NCBI GenBank assembly: GCA_964199315.1
Contig: OZ116701.1
Location: 24,366,001 to 24,430,000, forward strand
Length of the DNA stretch: 64,000 nucleotides
Reading direction: 5' to 3'
DNA from: Orbicella franksi
Taxonomy: Eukaryota
The notes beneath the pieces are model-generated. The model saw nothing but the letters and a program-made list of their open reading frames with translations, did no database searches and was not told the DNA's origin. The translations under genes were made by a program, and so were the position numbers. Positions 62,597 through 64,000 of this stretch are shown piece by piece (the stretch's first letter is position 1; each line of letters starts with the position of its first letter).

Positions 62597-64000
62597 ATGG
62601 TGCTTCAAGATCTGTGATGTTTGGAAGCTGTGTGCAGCGATTTCTACGCATTCTGTAGGGCATGTGAGGAACTGGAGGGACAGTGGACTAAAAGTCTTGC
62701 TTGGAGAGCTGGTGAGAATGGTTCAAAACATTTCCGACCTAAACACGTGGATGAAGTCTCCCGGCAAATCATTCCAGCAAATTTTCGCAGAATGTCGGTC
62801 GTTCCAATAACATCTACTGGTGATGGCAACTGCTTGTTTAATTCAGCTAGTCTGGCGATTTGTCAAACAGAAACCTTGGCCGTTGAACTGCGACTACAAA
62901 CTTGCCTTGAACTTGCCAAGAACAGGCAATTCTACCGAAATCACCCTGTGTTGGCAAATGCAAGAATTCCCTACTGCGGAAAAGATGGCCTTTGTGTGAT
63001 GTCTGTAGAGACACTGTGTGACCTAACTTGTTTTTTGTCAAGTTTGTCTAAAGTTTATGGTGATAATGACTTTGAAAGAGCCTTTGACCATGAAATCATG
63101 AGAACATGCAAGAACTATTCTTACAGCAGCACTTTGCAAATCATGGCCCTAGCGAGTGTCCTGGGGGTTCCTATTGAAATGGTTTACCCAGATCAGAAAA
63201 ATAAACTCTTGCCTGTGTATCAGAACATATTCCATCCAAGACAACCCTTTAATCAGTCCAGCCTTGCTGTGAGAATCATGTGGACAAACACGCTTGGTTG
63301 GCCTGACCGCTCTAAAGAGTTCGTGGTAAACCATTTTGTTCCCTTGTTTAATGGAAGTGATCAAGCGTCAGTGGGGCAAGTCGAGGCTGCAAAAACGCCG
63401 GAGGAAAATGAAAACCCGTGGTTCATTGTCATTAATAAACGGAAGTCAAGTGCGAAAATAAACCTTTCAACCGGGATGCACGCGGATGGCAAAACAAGCA
63501 GGAACCCTCAAGATTTAAAGCATTGGCAAAAGCAAAAACGAACCAGCTCAACCAGACAAAAATCGGAATTAGGGAAGAAAGAGAGGAAACCCTGTAACAG
63601 AGAAAACCCGAAAAAGGAGGCAGAAGCAGTAAAAAAAGTCGTGATGATAGACACAAGGACTTGAAGTTTGAGGATTTGGAGGCAAGAAAAGAACAAAATG
63701 GCGAAGCCTACGGAGGAATACTGGGAGTACCTCTTACGAAAAAGAAATATACTGAGGATACAGCAAATCCACATTTCATAAGTGAAGATAAACCTGAAAG
63801 TGATCAAAACACCAAGGAAAAGGAGGACACTTCTCCAAATTGTGATCAAAAGAAACAACAGAGAAACGAAAGTAACATTTTGCAGAAGAAAGAAAAAGGC
63901 CATGAAAATTCAAAGGTGACGAATAGCGAAATGTGTGGCCAAAGCAAAAAGGAGAAGCAAGAAATCAAATGCAAAACAGGGAAATCTGAAATTGATGCTT
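62597..64000 (+). pseudogene. Vertnin-like OTU cysteine protease / deubiquitinase ORF, continuing (frameshifted) past the right edge
   Basis: STGDGNCLFNSASLA (catalytic Asp/Cys), ELRL..CLEL, IMALASVLGVPI..VYP, IMW, NHFVPL (His). ATG 62597 is followed by an in-frame TGA at 62615; a charged linker stays open in another frame from ~63630 to 64000. Confidence 0.8.

Noticed and set aside
63508-63903. Hydrophobic 131-aa ORF as a membrane protein
   Set aside because: It is the antisense reading of the A-rich, Lys/Glu-rich linker on the plus strand.
35956-64000. One giant Helentron or virus-like element uniting the RPA-like, OTU and other ORFs
   Set aside because: No Rep/helicase, polymerase or capsid gene and no shared termini are visible; the pieces are 25 kb apart and separated by independent insertions.

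Overview
Eukaryotic (animal) genomic DNA made almost entirely of nested transposable elements. The TE families resemble those of cnidarians such as stony corals; this is an inference, not shown by the sequence. No ordinary host gene, rRNA, tRNA or CRISPR array is supported. Left to right: (1) a decayed piggyBac split by a Copia, a LINE tail and a full-length BEL/Pao; (2) the 3' half of a DIRS1 tyrosine-recombinase retroelement; (3) an L1/Tx1 LINE interrupted by a head-to-head Penelope pair carrying a hammerhead ribozyme; (4) an intron-containing IS3/IS481-like integrase pseudogene; (5) two complete Gypsy elements with LTRs, PBS, PPT and TSD; (6) two Sola-like transposase relics; (7) RPA70-like OB-fold gene remnants and several MITEs; (8) a 9.56-kb Mutator-like element with long TIRs, a 10-bp TSD and a six-exon, stop-free 833-aa transposase model, with an RTE LINE inserted at its first splice donor; (9) a divergent pair at the right edge: a ubiquitin-like/HMG-like ORF and a vertnin-like OTU protease ORF. 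Most broken ORFs carry in-frame TGA stops at Arg positions, consistent with CpG deamination. All alignments, counts and splice models were done by eye and need computational confirmation.
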